From assembly GCA_900088475.1 (NCBI GenBank), contig FLMG01001828.1:1-33655 (forward strand): 33,655 nt of DNA, read 5' to 3'. The notes below the pieces were generated by a model. The model was given only the letters and a program-made list of their open reading frames with translations, did no database searches and was not told where the DNA came from. The stretch comes from Hyphochytrium catenoides (taxonomy: Eukaryota > Protista > Hyphochytriomycota). Below are positions 32,812-33,655 of this stretch, in pieces (the stretch's first letter is position 1; the number at the start of each line of letters is the position of its first letter). Both the position numbers and the translations under genes were made by a program.

Positions 32812-33655
32812 CTATGAGGAAGACACGAGCAAGATGCAGATGTCGTAGTAGGAGGGATCTAACAATGTTTGGAAGAAGGAGGGAGAAGCTCTTCGCTGCG
32901 CGGCATTGACCTTGCTCCTACAGCTTCGCGGATTCTTCTCCTAAAGAACCAATCATTCTTGTGAGCCACTGCTCATGACATTGGGCTTGAGGACGACCAG
33001 CACGACCTCATCGTGTCAACATACTTTCCTTAAGAATAACTTTTGGACGGTAGGGATATCCTCGATCTCTCCAGGTAGGAGCGAGAAGCCGACGACAACA
33101 GTGTTGTGGGTGACGGGCCACGGTGTCGCCAGTAGGCCTTCCTCGAGGTCGATAAGCTTAAGCCCAATAGTGTCCAGCAATGCTGGTCGCGACCGCCATG
33201 AAGGAAGTTGCCAACAAGGCCTCGTGGTGAAGGCTTATAGTTGCCGCTCGGCTTGCAGAAGTGGTGGAAGAGTCATTGCTGCTGCCGCTGCTGACCTCTC
33301 CTCTATAATCAAAGATGGACACTGTAGTGTCATCCACTGGTGGCCTCTCCTCCACCCACGATCCGTTCAGGAAGCAGTATTTAAACTTCTCCTGCCCCGT
33401 GCTTGTGTGCCAACTGTTGACGTGGATAGCTGTTCCATTGTACTGCACGGTATACATGTTCCCAATTCGAAAGCACCACTTTTCAAGTAAGGGTTCGCGA
33501 ACCCTCTGCTCGTCGTCATAATAAAAGTCCTTAAATCTGGGGATGATGCATTCCTCGTCGCGGCCATCACATCCGGCACCGTAGATAGCTCCGGATTGTC
33601 GAGAACCCTTTTCTTCAGGGGTCTCTATAGCAAGGAATATTCTTCTTCTTGATTC
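32812..33655 (-). CDS. Partial hypothetical gene entering from the right edge; 3' exons uncertain
   Basis: One minus frame is open from 33655 to 33158 (ESRRRIFLAIETPEEKG...PRFKDFYYDDEQRVREPLLEKWCFRIGNMYTVQYNG...FKYCFLNGSWVEE). A second coding-like segment LDTIGLKLIDLEEGLLATPWPVTH...QKLFLRK ends at a GTATGT donor (~33025). No family recognised. Confidence 0.45.

Noticed and set aside
1-33655. tRNA, rRNA, snRNA genes or mobile-element ORFs
   Set aside because: No cloverleaf, snRNA 5' signature or RT/integrase/transposase motif noticed by eye; an Infernal/tRNAscan run would be needed to exclude small RNAs such as intronic snoRNAs.

Overview
Gene-dense, intron-rich eukaryotic nuclear DNA: short GT-AG introns of mostly 55-160 nt, CTRAC/CTAAC-type branch sites and (CT)n/(GA)n tracts. 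There is no sign of a prokaryotic operon, CRISPR array, tRNA/rRNA gene or transposase. Most ORFs in the supplied track are exon fragments or shadow ORFs. Splicing by hand gives five genes I recognise by family motifs: C9orf78/TLS1 (-), ciliary transition-zone TMEM231 (+), a 20-exon, ~2034-aa GT48 1,3-beta-glucan (callose/FKS-type) synthase (+), a glucosidase II beta-subunit/PRKCSH-like gene (+) and Gemin6 (-). There is also a kinesin-light-chain-like TPR protein with a mitochondrial-type presequence (+), a well-formed 605-aa unknown nuclear-looking protein (+) and four less certain hypothetical multi-exon genes on the - strand. The most unusual element is the glucan synthase: an N-terminal MIT-like helical bundle, a ~220-aa loop with 10 Cys in the N-terminal membrane region, an HxxxCxCxxC insert in the catalytic domain and a C-terminal KxKxx motif. 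Its neighbour is an atypical PRKCSH-like protein with a hydrophobic/aromatic middle and no visible HDEL. TMEM231 plus GT48 suggests a flagellated, beta-1,3-glucan-making protist, possibly a stramenopile (inference). All exon models are manual and unverified by transcripts, and no database searches were run.
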